Shown in pieces: positions 51,301 through 64,000 of a stretch of 64,000 nt of DNA (positions within the stretch are counted from its first letter, which is position 1; every line of letters begins with the position of its first letter). Where the stretch lies: contig NC_134479.1 in the NCBI RefSeq assembly GCF_964194025.1, forward strand, positions 3,286,001 through 3,350,000, given 5' to 3'. The notes below the pieces were generated by a model. The model made no database searches. It was not told the DNA's origin and saw nothing but the letters and a program-made list of their open reading frames with translations. A program made the position numbers and the translations under genes. This DNA comes from Convolutriloba macropyga (lineage: Eukaryota).

Positions 51301-52603
51301 TAATTGAAATATTTGTTTCCAGAAAAAAAGTTAATTGACCGTTTATTAACTAGATATTGCCAACAACAAATGTCAGTAGGCTAGTGGATGACACACACGG
51401 TAATATAAAAGCCTCCAGAGTCTACCAGCTTGGTGTTTATTTTACTTTTATCAAAATTTCTGACAATAAATGAGACGTTTCACTGACTGCAGTCACTTAG
51501 AACTATAACTAGCCTTCGATTACCATGAAGACTAGTTGTTAGTAGTAATTTGATTCGTACCAGAGGACTAACGAATGAAGAAATGTTGATCATACAGTTT
51601 GATTAGCGATAACATAACGTTTTTTACCGATTAATAATGTAAATCGTGAAAATGGTAAATGCTCGATTTTGTTAGCCTTCCAATCATTTTAAGAGTCGTC
51701 CTATAGCATAGAAAACTCCTATTGATTTCATCAGCTAGCAGAAGTAAAATTTTGGGGTCTAGAAATTTTTGCCTTCCATCATTTTTCTCTCGGACATAAA
51801 CAGGATGTTTCATATCTACTTTACCATTGATAACGTAATTGAAACAGTTTCTTCCAGAAAACTGTTCATTGACCATTTGGTAACAAGATATTGCCCACAA
51901 CAAGTGTCACTAGGCTAGCCACAAACGGTAATATTTAAGCCTACACAGACTACCGGCTTGGTGTTTATATTACTTTTATCAAAAAATTCTGGCATTAAAT
52001 GAGACGTTTCACTGAATCCAGTCACATAGAACTATAATTAGCCTTATATCACCATGAAAACTAGTTGTTAGTAAAAAATTGAGTTATGTCAGACGACAAA
52101 CAAACGACGAAATGTTGATTATACAGTTTGATTAGCGTTAACATAATGTTTTCTACTGATTAATTATGTAAATCGTGAAAATTGTAAATGCTCAATTTTT
52201 TTTAGCCTTTCAATCCTTTTAAAAGTCGTTCTATAGCAGAAAAGCACTCCTTTTGATTTCATCAAATAGCAAAAAGTAAATTTTGGTGTCAAGATATTTT
52301 AGCCTTCATTAATTTTTTCTCTGGGGCCTAAACAGAATGTTTCATGGCTACTTTAACGTTGATAACAAAATTGTTTCCAAAAAAAGTTCATTGACCGTTT
52401 ATTAACAAGGTATTGCCCACAACAAGTGTCACTAGGCTACTAGGTGACCCAGATGGTAATGTTAAAGCCACCAGAGCCTACCAGCTTGGTGTTTATATTA
52501 GTTTTTTTCAAAATTTCTGGCAATGAATTTAGAAGTTTCAGACTCCAGTCACATAAAGCTATAATTAACGTTCAATTGCCGTAAAAATCAAATATTAGTA
52601 GTA
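42310..52603 (+). repeat. ~535-bp satellite array, forward arm (~20 diverged monomers)
   Basis: GGGCCTAAACAGA recurs near 42402, 42935, 45363, 45902, 46440, 46974, 47510, 48046, 48578, 49111, 50188, 50725, 51260 and 52324. Confidence 0.95.
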
Positions 52604-53356
52604 AGAGGAGCTCGGACAGAGAAATAACGGTCGCAAAAAAGTTTATCTTACAGTTTCATTCAACTGGTAGTCTTCACTGAACCGTCAAAGACTACACCGA
52701 GCTTCGTAGTTGTACTTGAATTTTTTGAACGAAAAGTGATGGCTGAGGTAAAAGGTTTTCTTTTTTGGCAGTAGCTTCTCCATTTCGGGTACTTCTTCCA
52801 TGTGTCCTAGTTTAATGAACTCCTGGATGAACTCGTTGTGACGTCTGTACAGATCAGGCTGTTTTTGAAGTCTAAGGAGGAGACTTCTAAATCTTCGTCG
52901 TGGTTGCTGCTGTGAATCTCCCAGTTCTCCAATTTCTTTTTTAAACGGCAGGTTTACAATAAAACTTCTTCATGGCTTCTTCGTGTGGTTGACTTGAAGT
53001 GTTCCAAGGTCAGATGTTTAGTTGCAGGCACTTCCCCGATTTCCCTAAAACACTGTAAATTGTCTTCTAATGGTGACACAAAGTAGGTTTGCAAACTGGA
53101 AGAATTGTAGGTTTGCACGTTTTCGCGTCCGATTACTAACCAAACGAATACTGAGAGTCGATAATCAACGGGGATGTTTGGTTCTTTATTTCGGTTGTTC
53201 CCATCCATAAAGTCCTCCAAGTGTCCAGCTCCAATGATCAGATCAACTTGGGCGGGCTTATTAAAGTCGGGATCAGCCAACTGTAGCTCCTTTGCTGTCT
53301 CCCAATTGTCTGTGTTGATGTACCGGGAGGGCAAATCGTTGGTAATTCGAAGCGTC
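52604..53356 (-). mobile_element. Bel/Pao LTR retrotransposon pol fragment (protease end to RT start), copy 1
   Basis: LADPDFNKPAQVDLIIGA, LPFKK...LGDS, EFIKLGHMEEV and TKL(R)VVFDGS. Frameshifted, with no LTRs seen. Confidence 0.9.
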
Positions 53357-53399
53357 AGTGATTATTGGTGTTTTTTTTGGTTGAAGGCAAAGGTCGACA

Positions 53400-54339
53400 A
53401 AACCGCTATTAGTTGAGACATTAATAAGTTTTTTTGTGGAAGCAACTGTTTCAATTACGTTATCACCGGTAAAGTAGATATGAATCATTTTGTTTAGGGT
53501 AAGAGAAAAAATGGATGAAGCAAACATTTTTTAGATCCCAAATTTTTACTCTTTGCTATGTGCTAACTTCAGTAGGAGAGTTTTCTCGACTATTATAAAG
53601 ATTGGAAGTTTAACAAAATGACCCTTTACGATCTTCACCGTTTACATAAATAATCATTAAAAAGCCTTATGTTATCGCCATTCAAACTGTATGGTCAACT
53701 TTACTGCTTCCTTTAGTCCCCTGATCTAGCTCAATTTACTATTAATAAGTAGTTATTATAGCAAATCGACGCCAATTATATTTCTATGTGACTAGAGCCA
53801 GTGAAACGTCTCAGTTATGGTGAGAAATTTTGGCAAAAAATAACATAAACACCCAGCTGGTAGACTCTGGAGGCTTCATTTCTACCATTCGAGGCACCTA
53901 ATCTTCTATTCAGACTTTTTTACGTAATATTTGGTTACTAAATGATTACTAAACCCTTTTTCTGGAAACAAAATTTCAATTTCGTTATCACCGAAAAAGT
54001 GGATATGAAACATAGTATTTAGGCCTGAGAGAAAAAAATGTTGAAGGCAAGAATTTCTAGAACGCACGATTTTACTTTTTGCTATTTGTTGAAATGAGTA
54101 GGAGTACTTTTTGTGCTATAGAACGACGTTTAAAAGGATTTGAAGGCTAACAAAATTGTCCATTTACAGTTTTCACTATTTACACAATTGTTCAGTGAAA
54201 AACGTTTTGTTATAGCTGATCAAACTTATGATAAACTTTTCTGCGTCCTTTAGTCCCATGGTTTAACTCAATTTAATACTCATAATTGGTTAATATGGCA
54301 ATTGATTGCTAATAATTTTTTTCACATGACAGAAGTCAG
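53400..54339 (-). repeat. Satellite, short reverse block
   Basis: Reverse-complement monomer motifs (GTGAAACGTCTCA, TTTAGGCC). Confidence 0.9.
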
Positions 54340-55785
54340 TTCCATTGCAGAAAAGCCCGCCTATTGAGATTAGCACAAATCAGAATGTAAAAAGTTGGAT
54401 CCAAAAAATTTTTTGCATTCGATCATTTTTTTTGGGCCTAAACAGATTGTTTAATATCTACTTTATCGGTGATACAGTAATTGAAACATTTGTTTCCAGA
54501 AAAAAGTTAATTGACCGTTTATTAACTAGATATTGCCAACAACAAATGTCACTAGGCTAGTGGATGACACACACGGTAATATAAAAGCCTCCAGAGTCTA
54601 CCAGCTTGGTGTTTATTTTACTTTTATCAAAATTTCTGACGTTAAATGAGACGTTTCACTGACTGCAGTCACTTAGAACTATAACTAGACTTCGATTACC
54701 ATGAAGACTAGTTGTTAGTAGTAAATTGATTTGTACCAGAGGACTAACGAATGAAGAAATGTTGATCATACAGTTTGATTAGCGATAACATAACGTTTTT
54801 TACCGATTAATAATGTAAATCGTGAAAATGGTAAATGCTCGATTTTGTTAGCCTTCCAATCATTTTAAGAGTCGTCTTATAGCATAGAAAACTCCTATTG
54901 ATTTCATCAGCTAGCAGAAGTAAAATTTTGGGGACTAGAAATTTTTGCCTTCCATCATTTTTCTCTCGGGCCTAAACAGGATGTTTCATATCTACTTTAC
55001 CATTGATAACGTAATTGAAACAGTTTCTTCCAGAAAAAGGTTCATTGACCGTTTGGTAACAAGATATTGCCCACAACAAGTGTCACTAGGCTAGCCACAA
55101 ACGGTAATATTTAAGCCTACACAGACTACCAGCTTGTTGTTTATATTATTTTTTATCAAAAATTCTGGCATTAAACGAGACGTTTCACTGACTCCAGTCA
55201 CATAGAACTATAATTAGCCTTTTATTACCATGAAGACTAGTTGTTAGTAAAAAATTGAGTTATGTCAGACGACAAACAAACGACCAAACGACGAAATGTT
55301 GATTATACAGTTTAATTAGCGTTAACATAATGTTTTCTACTGATTAATTATGTAAATCGTGAAAATTGTAAATGCTCAATTTTTTTAGCCTTTCAATACT
55401 TTTCAAAGTCGTTCTATAGCAGAAAAGCACTCCTTTTGATTTCATCAAAAAGCAAAAATTAAATTTTGGTGTCAAGATATTTTAGCCTTCAATCATTTTT
55501 TCTCTGGGGCCTAAAGAGAATGTTTCGTGTCTACTTTAACGTTGATAACAAAATTGTTTCCAAAAAACTCATTGACCGTTTATTAACAATATATAGCCCA
55601 CAACAAGTGTCACTAGGCTACTAGGTGACCCAGATGGTAATGTTAAAGCCTCCAGAGCCTACCAGCTTGGTGTTTATAATAGTTTTTTTCAAAATTTCTG
55701 GCATGAATTTAGAAGTTTCACAGACTCCAGTCACATAAAGCTATAATTAACGTTCAATTGCCGTAAAAATCAAATATAAGTAGTA
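54340..55785 (+). repeat. Satellite, short forward block (duplicate of ~51168-52603)
   Basis: Near-identical to 51168-52603, including shared deletions. Confidence 0.9.
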
Positions 55786-56545
55786 AGAGGAGCTCGGACA
55801 GAGAAATAACGGTCGCAAAAAAGTTTATCTTACAGTTTCATTCAACTGGTAGTCTTCACTGAACCGTCAAAGACTACACGCAGCTTCGTAGTTGTACTTG
55901 AATTTTTTGAACAAAAAGTGATGGCTGAGGTAAATGGTTTTCTCTTTTGGCAGTAGCTTCTCCATTTCGGGTACTTCTTCCATGTGTCCTAGTTTAATGA
56001 ACTCCTGGATGAACTCGTTGTGACGTCTGTACAGATCAGGCTGTTTTTGAAGTCTAAGGAGGAGACTTCTAAATCTTCGTCGTGGTTGCTGCTGTGAATC
56101 TCCCAGTTCTCCAATTTCTTTTTTAAACGGCAGGTTTACAATAAAACTTCTTCATGGCTTCTTCGTGTGGTTGACTTGAAGTGTTCCAAGGTCAGATGTT
56201 TAGTTGCAGGCACTTCCCCGATTTCCCTAAAACACTGTAAATTGTCTTCTAATGGTGACACAAAGTAGGTTTGCAGACTGGAAGAATTGTAGGTTTGCAA
56301 GTTTTCGCGTCCGATTACTAACCAAACGAATACTGAGAGTCGATAATCAACGGGGATGTTTGGTTCTTTAATTCGGTTGTTCCCAACCATCAAGTCCTCG
56401 TAGTGTCCAGCTCCAATGATCAGATCAAATTGGGCGGGTTTATTAAAGTCGGGATCAGCCAACTGTAGCTCCTTTGCTGTCTCCCAATTGTCTGTGTTAA
56501 TGTACCGGGAGGGCAAATCGTAGGTAATTCGACGCGTCAATCATA
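55786..56545 (-). mobile_element. Bel/Pao pol fragment, copy 2
   Basis: Same breakpoints and near-identical sequence to 52604-53356 at an offset of ~3182 bp. Confidence 0.9.
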
Positions 56546-56589
56546 ATTGGTGTTTTGTTTTTTGGTTGAAGGCAAAGGTCGACAAATCC

Positions 56590-59500
56590 GCTATTAGTTG
56601 AGACATTAATAAGTCTTTGTGGAAGCAACTGTTTAAATTACGTTATCACCGGTAAAGTAGATATGAATCATTCTGTTTAGGACAAGAGAAAAAATGGATG
56701 AAGCAAAAATTTTTTAGATCCCAAATTTTTACTCTTTGCTATGTGCTAACTTCAGTAGGAGGGTTTTCTGGACTATTATAAAGATTGGAAGTTTATCAAA
56801 ATGACCCTTTACGATCTTCACCGTTTACATAAATAATCAGTAAAAAGCCTTATGTTATCGACATTCAAACTGTATGATCAACTTTACTGCTTCCGTTAGT
56901 CCCCTGATCTAGCTCAATTTACTACTAATAAGTAGTTATTATAGCAAATCGACGCCAATTATATTTCTATGTGACTAGAGCCAGTGAAACGTCTCAGTTA
57001 TGGTGAGAAATTTCGGCAAAAAATAACATAAACACCCAGCTGGTAGACTCTGGAGGCTTCATTTCTACCATTCGAGGCACCTAATCTTCTATTCAGACTT
57101 TTTTACGTAATATTTGGTTACTAAATGATTACTAAACCCTTTTCTGGAAACAAAAGTTTCCATTTCGTTATCACCGATGAAGTGGAGATGAAACATAGTG
57201 TTTAGGCCTGAGAGAAAAAATGTTGAAGGCAAGAAATTCTAGAACGCACGATTTTACTTTGTGCTATTTGATGAAAGGAGTAGGAGTGCTTTTTTTGCTA
57301 TAGAACGGCGTTTAAAAGGATTTGAAGGCTAACAAAATTGTCCATTTACAGTTTTCACCCTTTACATTATAAATCAGTGAAAAACGTTTTGTTATCGCTG
57401 ATCAAACTTATGATAAACTTTTCTGCGTCCTTTAATCCCCTGGTCTAACTCATTTTAATACTCATAATTAGTTAATATGGCAATTGATTGCTAATTATTT
57501 TTTTCACATGACAGAAGTCAGTGAAGTTTCTCATTTAATTTGAGATATTTCGAAAAAAAACCGAGACAACAAGTTGGTAGTCTCTGGAGGCTTCAAAATT
57601 ACCGTTTGTGGCACCTACTGGCATAGTAACATTTTTTTTGGGCAGCTTTATGAAAAAAAATTAATTTATCTTTTTTGTGGAAACAACTGTTTCCATTACG
57701 TTATCACCGGTAAAGTAGTTATGAATCATTCTGTTTAGGGCAAGAGAAAAACTGATTGAAGCAAAAATTTTTCAGATCCCAAATTTTTACTCTTTGCTAT
57801 GTGCTAACCTCAGTAGGAGTGCCTTTCTGCAACAGAACGACTTTGAAAAAGATTGGAAGGCTAACAAAAGTGAACATTTACGAATTTCACCATTTTCAAA
57901 ACTATTAAGAATAAATGTAAAGTTATCGCTAATTAAAGTGTATGATCAACTGTCCTGCATCCGTTAGTCCCCTGGTCTAGCTCAATTTGCTTCTAGCAGT
58001 TGGCTATTACGGCAGTTGAAGGTCATTTATAGTTTTATGTGACTGGAGTCAGCAAAACGTCTCATTTATTGCAAGAAATTTCGGAAAAAATAACATAAAT
58101 ACCAATCTGGTAGTCTCTGGAGGTTTTAACGTTACTGTTTGTAGTACCTACTGGCCTGGTCACAAATTTTACGGGCAATATTTTGATAATAAGTGATTAA
58201 AAAACCTTTTTTCTTGAAACAAATGTTTTGATTACGTTGTCAGAGGTAAACTAGATATGAAATATTGAGCTTAGGCTCAAGTGAAAAAATGATTGAAAGC
58301 AAAACTTTCTTTGACCTCAAATTTTTGCTTATTTCTATGTGCTACGCTCAGTAGGATCGCTTTTCATCTACATAGTGACATTTAAAAGGATTGGAAGGTT
58401 ACAAAATTGACCATTTTATGATGTTCACCAATTACATAATTAATCAGTAAAATAGGCTATGTTATCGCTAATCAAACTGTATGATCAACTGTATGATCAA
58501 CATAATAGTTTGTTGTTATAGCAATTGAACCTTTTTTGTAGTTTTATGTGACTGGAGTCAGTGAAACGTCTCATTTTTTGCGAGAAATTTCGAAAAAAAA
58601 AATCAACATAAACAGAAAGCTCGTAGTCTCTGGAGGCTTTAATGTCACCGTTTGTGGCACCTTCTAGCCGTCACTAGTCACGCTTCTTGTAGGCACGTTA
58701 TGACCGCTGATTTAAATATGAAACATTCTGTTAGGGCCCGAGAGAATGTTAGAAGGTAAAAAATATTTAAATTTTAGCTATGTGTTAAACTTAGTAGGAG
58801 TGCTTCTTTGCCATAGAACAAGCTATAAAGTGATTGGAAGCCTAACAAATATGACCATTTACGATTTTCACCATTTTCATAAATAATTAGTGGAAAACTA
58901 TAATTAGTTATATTATGGCTAATTAAACTGTATGATCAACTCTTCTGCGTTCGTTGGTCTTCTGGTCTAGCTTATTTCAACTACTACTGTTTTTGTTTTT
59001 ATGGCAATTGGTCGCTAACTATAGTTTATGTGACTGGACACAGTTAAAAGTCTCATTTAAGGCCAAAAATTATGATAAAAAAGTGAAATAAACAGTAAAA
59101 TAAGTAAAATAAGTAAAAAAGTAAAGTTAACAGTTAGTTGTAAGGCAATTGAACGCTGATTATGGTTCTATGTGACTGGACTCAGTGAAACGTCTCACTT
59201 AATGTCATAATTTTTGAAAAAGTAAAGTGAACAACAAGCTGGTAGTCTCGGGAGGCTTTAATATTGCCGCTTCTGGCACCCAATTGCCTGGTCAGACTTA
59301 TTGTAGGCACTATATAATAAACAATTAATAAAACTTTAATAAAAGGTCACATTTGTTGTAGGCAATATCTTGTTAATCAACTATTGATAAACTTTTTTCT
59401 GGCAACAAGTGTTTCAATAACGTTATCACTGGTAAGGTAGTTACCAAACATTCTGTTTAGGATCGAGAGAAAAGTGATTGAAGCCAAAAATATTGTGGAT

Positions 59501-62500
59501 CGCAGTTTTTCCCTTTTAGCTATTTGCTAATCTTAGTAGGAGTGTCCTTCACCTATATAACGACTCTTAAAAAGATTGGAAGGCTATCAAAAGTGACTAT
59601 TTACGATTTTAAACATTTAAATAATTAATCAGTAAGAGTCTTTATGTTATCGCTAATTAAATTGTATGATCAATTTTCTTTTTTTCTGTTAGTACTCTGG
59701 TCTAATTCAATTTACTACTAATAATTAATTTTTATGGCAATTGAACGCTAATTGCGGTTTCATGTAACTGGAGTCAGTGAAACGTCTCATTTATGTCCAG
59801 AAAGTTCGAATTAAAGTAACATAAACTCCAAGCTGAGAGCCTATGGAGGCTTTTATACTACCGTTTTTGGCACCTAAAACCTTACTCACACTTTTTGTAG
59901 GCAATATCTTGTTATTGAACAATTAAAATAAATTTTTTTTTCTGGCAACAAATGTTTCAATTACGTTATAACCGTTAAGGTTGCTATCAAACATTCTGTT
60001 TAGGCCCAAGAGAAAAAATGGTTGATGGCAAAAATGTTCTGGACCACAAATTTTAGTTTTTTGCTATGTGCTAATCCCAATAGGCGAGCTTTTCTGCCAT
60101 GGAACGATTTTAAAAAAAATGGAATGCTAACAAATTGACCATTTACGATTTCCAACAATTAAAAAAGTTAATTAAAAAAGACGTTATTTTACCGCTAATC
60201 AAACTGTATGATCAACTTTTCATCTTCCGTTAGTACTTTGGTCTATCACAATTGACTACTAATAGTTGATTCTCATGGCAATTGCTAATTAAAATTTTAT
60301 GTTACCGGAGTCAGTGAAATGTCTCATTTATTGTCAAACATTTCGAAAAAAGTAACATTAATACCAAGCTGGTAGTCTCTGGATGCCTTGATATTACCAC
60401 TTCTGGCACCCAATAGCCTAGTTAAACAAATAGTGAGCTTTTTTCTGGAAACAGGTGTTTTAATTACGTTATCACCGGTAAAGTAGATATGAAACATTCT
60501 GTTAAGGCCCGGGAGAAAATATGGTTGAAGGCAAAAATCCTTCGGACCCCATTTTTTTCGCTATGTACTTACTTCAGTACAAGCCCGTGTTCTGATACTG
60601 AGCAACTTTTATGAAGATAAGAAGGCTAAAAAAAATGACCATTTACCTTTTTCACCATTTACAAAATTATTCAATAAAAAAGGTTTTGTTACTGCTAATC
60701 AAACTGTATTATCAATTTTTCTCCGTTTGTTAGTCCTCTATTCTAGCTCAATTTACTACTATTTTTTTGTTTTCATTGTAATTGAACGCTAATTATGGTT
60801 CTATGTAACTGGAGTCAGTAAAACGTCTCATTTGTGGCTAAAAATTTCGAAAAAATTAACAAAAACACCAAGCTGGTAGTCTTTAACATTACCGTTTGGG
60901 GCACATAATAGCTTACTCAGATTATTTGCAGGCAATTAGTTCTTGATAAACGATTTATCATCGTCCTTTCTGGCAATAAATGTTTCAATTGCGTTATCAA
61001 CGGTAAAGTAGATATCAAACATTCTGTTTAGGCCCGAGAGAAAAAATGATTGAAGGCATAAATTTTTGAACCCCCAGATTTTTACTTTTTCGCTATGTGC
61101 TAACCTCAGTAGGAGCGCTTTTCTTCAATACATAAACTTTTAAAAGGATTGAGAATCTAGCAAGTTTGAGCATTTACGAATTTCACTATTTTTTCATAAT
61201 TAATGTGTTCAAAATGTTATGTTATCACTAACCAAACTGTATGAACAACATTTCTTCGTCCGTTAGTACTCTGTTCTAATTCAATTTACTACTAAGTGTT
61301 GGTTGTAGGGTGACTGAACGCCGATTATGGTTCTTTGTGACTGGACTCAGTGAAACGTCTCATTTAATGCCAGAATTTTCAAAAAAGTAACATAAAAAAA
61401 GCTGGTATTCTCTGGAGGCTTAAATATTGCCTATTCTGGCACCCAATTGCCTAGTCAAAATTGTTTTAGGCACTGTGTAATAAACAATTGATGAAACTTT
61501 TTTCTGAAAACAAGTGTTGCAATTACGTTATCGCCGATAAAGAAGATATGAAATATTCTGTTTAGGCCCAAGAGAAAACATGATTGATGGCAAAAATGTT
61601 TTGGACAACAAAATTTAGTTTTTTGCTATTTGCTAATCCCAATAGGTGGGCTTTTCGTCCATAGAACGATTTTTTTAAAAATGGAAGGCTAACGAATTGA
61701 CCATTTACGATTTACAACATTAATAAAAAAAGACGTTATTCCAACTTGTGATCAATTTTTCTGCGTTTGTTAGTCTTCTGGTATAGCTCAATTTACTATT
61801 ATTTTTTGTTTTAATTGCAATTGAACGCTAATTATAGTTTTGTGTGACTGGAGTCAATGAAACGTCTAATATAAGGCGAAAATTTCGAAAAAAAAAAAAT
61901 AAAAAAAACCAAGCTGTTAGTCTCTGCAGGCTTTAATATTACCACCTATGGCACCCAATAGCCTGCTCAAACTTTTTGTAGTTAATATCTTGTTAATAAA
62001 CGACAAAAAACCTTTCTTCTGCGAACAAGTGTTTCAATTACCTTATCACCGCAAAGTATATATGAAACATTTGTTTAGGCCCTATAGAAAAAAAGATTGA
62101 AGGCAGAAAATTTTTGAAGTCCACTTCTTTACTCTTTGCTATGCCCTTACCTCAGTAGGAGTGCCTTTTTGCTATAGAACGAGTTTTAAAAAGATTGAAA
62201 GGCTAACAAAACTGATTTTTTACGATCTTTTCCACTTACATAATTAATGAGTACAAAACGTTATGTTATCGGTAATCAAACTGTATGATCAACTTTTCAT
62301 CGTCCGTTAGTACTTTGGTCTATCACAATTTACTACTAATAGTTGTTTCTCATGGCAATTGCTAATTAAAGTTTTATGTTACTGGAGTCAGTGAAATGTC
62401 TCATTGAATGCCTAAAATTTCGAAAAAAATAACAAAAACACCAAGCTGGTAGTCTTTAACATTACCGTTTGTGGCACATAATAGCTTACTCAGATTTTTT

Positions 62501-64000
62501 GTAGGCAATTAGTTGTTGATAAGCGATTAACTATCATCCTTTTTTCTTGAAATAATTGTTTCAATTGCGTTATCAACGGTAAAGTAGATATCAAACATTC
62601 TGTTTAGGCCCGAGCGAAAAAATTATTGAAGGCAAAAATTTTTCGAACCCCCCGATTTTTACTTTTTCGCTGTGTGCTCAGTAGGAGCGTTTTCCTGCAA
62701 TCAAACAACTTTTAAAAAGTTTGGAAAGCTAGCAAATTTGAGCATTTACCAATTTCACTATTCACATAATTAATGAGTTCAAAATTTTATTATATCGCTA
62801 ATCAAGCTGTATGATCAATTTTTCTTCGTCCGTTACGTTAGTACTTTGGTCTAATTCAGTTTACTACTAATAGTTGATTTCTATGACAATTGAAAGATAA
62901 TTATATCTTTATGTGATTGGAGACAGTGAAAAGTCTCATTTAATAACAGAAATTTCGAAAAATAACATAAACACCAAGCTGTTAGTCTCTGGAGGCTTTA
63001 ATATTACCACCTATGGCAACCAATAGCCTACTCAAACTTTTTCTAGGCAATATTTTGTTTATAAACGATCAAAGAAATCTTTCTTCTGCGAACAAGTTTT
63101 CCTATTACCTCATCACCGCAAAGTAGATATGAAACATTTATTTAGGTCCCATAGAAAAAAGATTGAAGGCAGAAAATTCTTGAAGTCCACATCTTTACTC
63201 TTTGCTATGCGCTTACCTCAGTCGGAGTGCCTTTTTGCTATAGAACGAGTTTTAAAAAGATTGAAAGGCTAACAAATTTGACCATTTACCAGTTTCACTA
63301 TTTACATAACTAATCAGTAAAAAAACGTTATATTATCGCTAATCAATTTGTATGATCAACTTTTCTGCGGTCCTTAGTCCTCTGGTCTAGCTCAAATTAC
63401 TACTAATATTTTTATTTTTTGGGCAATTGAACACTAATTATAGTTCTATGTGATTGGAATTAGTGAAACGTCTCATTTAATGCCAGAAATTTTGAAAAAA
63501 AAAACATAAACTCCAAGCTGGCAGTCACTGGAGGCATTAATTACCACTTTTGGTACCCAATAGCCTAGTCAAACTTGTTCTAGGCACTATCTAATACATA
63601 ATAAATGAAGTTCTTTTCTGAAAACCAGTAATTCAATGAAGTTATCGCCAATAAAGTAGATATGAAGCATTCTGTTTAGGCCCAAGAGAAAAAATGATTC
63701 AAAGAAAAAATGCTCTGGAACACAAATCTTTGTTTTTTGCTATCTGCTTATCTCAATTGGTGGGCTTTTCTGCTATGGAACAATTTTTGAAAAGACTGTA
63801 AGGCTAACAAATTGACCATTTACGATTTTCACTATTTACAAAGTTCATTAAAAAAAACGTTATTTTACCGCTAATCAAAATTTGTGGTCAACTTTTCTGC
63901 GTTTGTTAGTCTTTTATTCTACTTTTTTGTTGGCAATATCTTGTTTTGATAAACGATAAAAAACAGTTTTTCTGAAAACAAGTGTTTCAATTACGTTATC
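56590..64000 (-). repeat. ~535-bp satellite array, reverse arm (continues beyond the window)
   Basis: TCTGTTTAGGCCC, ATCAAACTGTATGATCAA and GTGAAACGTCTCA recur at roughly 500-540-bp spacing, with more deletions than the forward arm. Confidence 0.95.

Noticed and set aside
42449-54560. Short ORFs within satellite monomers
   Set aside because: Frames are broken by homopolymer indels and differ between monomers.

Overview
AT-rich, repeat-dense eukaryotic DNA, most likely an invertebrate animal. No prokaryotic operon or CRISPR structure is present. One host gene is supported: a minus-strand, 7-exon SLC38A7/A8 (SNAT7/8)-like amino acid transporter (ATG 15561 to ~347). All its splice junctions are GT-AG with matching phases, and its C-terminus is either outside the window or truncated. 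Its introns hold nested mobile DNA: Helentron/DINE-1-like non-autonomous elements (including a 5-copy ~525-bp head-to-tail array), LINE RT fragments and several MITE families. Upstream lie a decayed intronless J-domain (HPD) gene, a CRE-clade-like non-LTR relic and many TIR elements carrying tRNA-like A/B boxes. From ~42.3 kb to the end is a ~535-bp satellite array. It switches orientation across a Bel/Pao retrotransposon fragment, and that junction has been tandemly duplicated (~3.18 kb). The most notable items are 124-153-bp MITEs with Maverick/Polinton-type ends (AGTAGT termini, 6-bp TSD), the foldback-like satellite, recurrent Pol III boxes inside unrelated TIR elements, and a Kozak-perfect uORF in front of the transporter. 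All analysis was by eye; coordinates of degenerate repeats are approximate.
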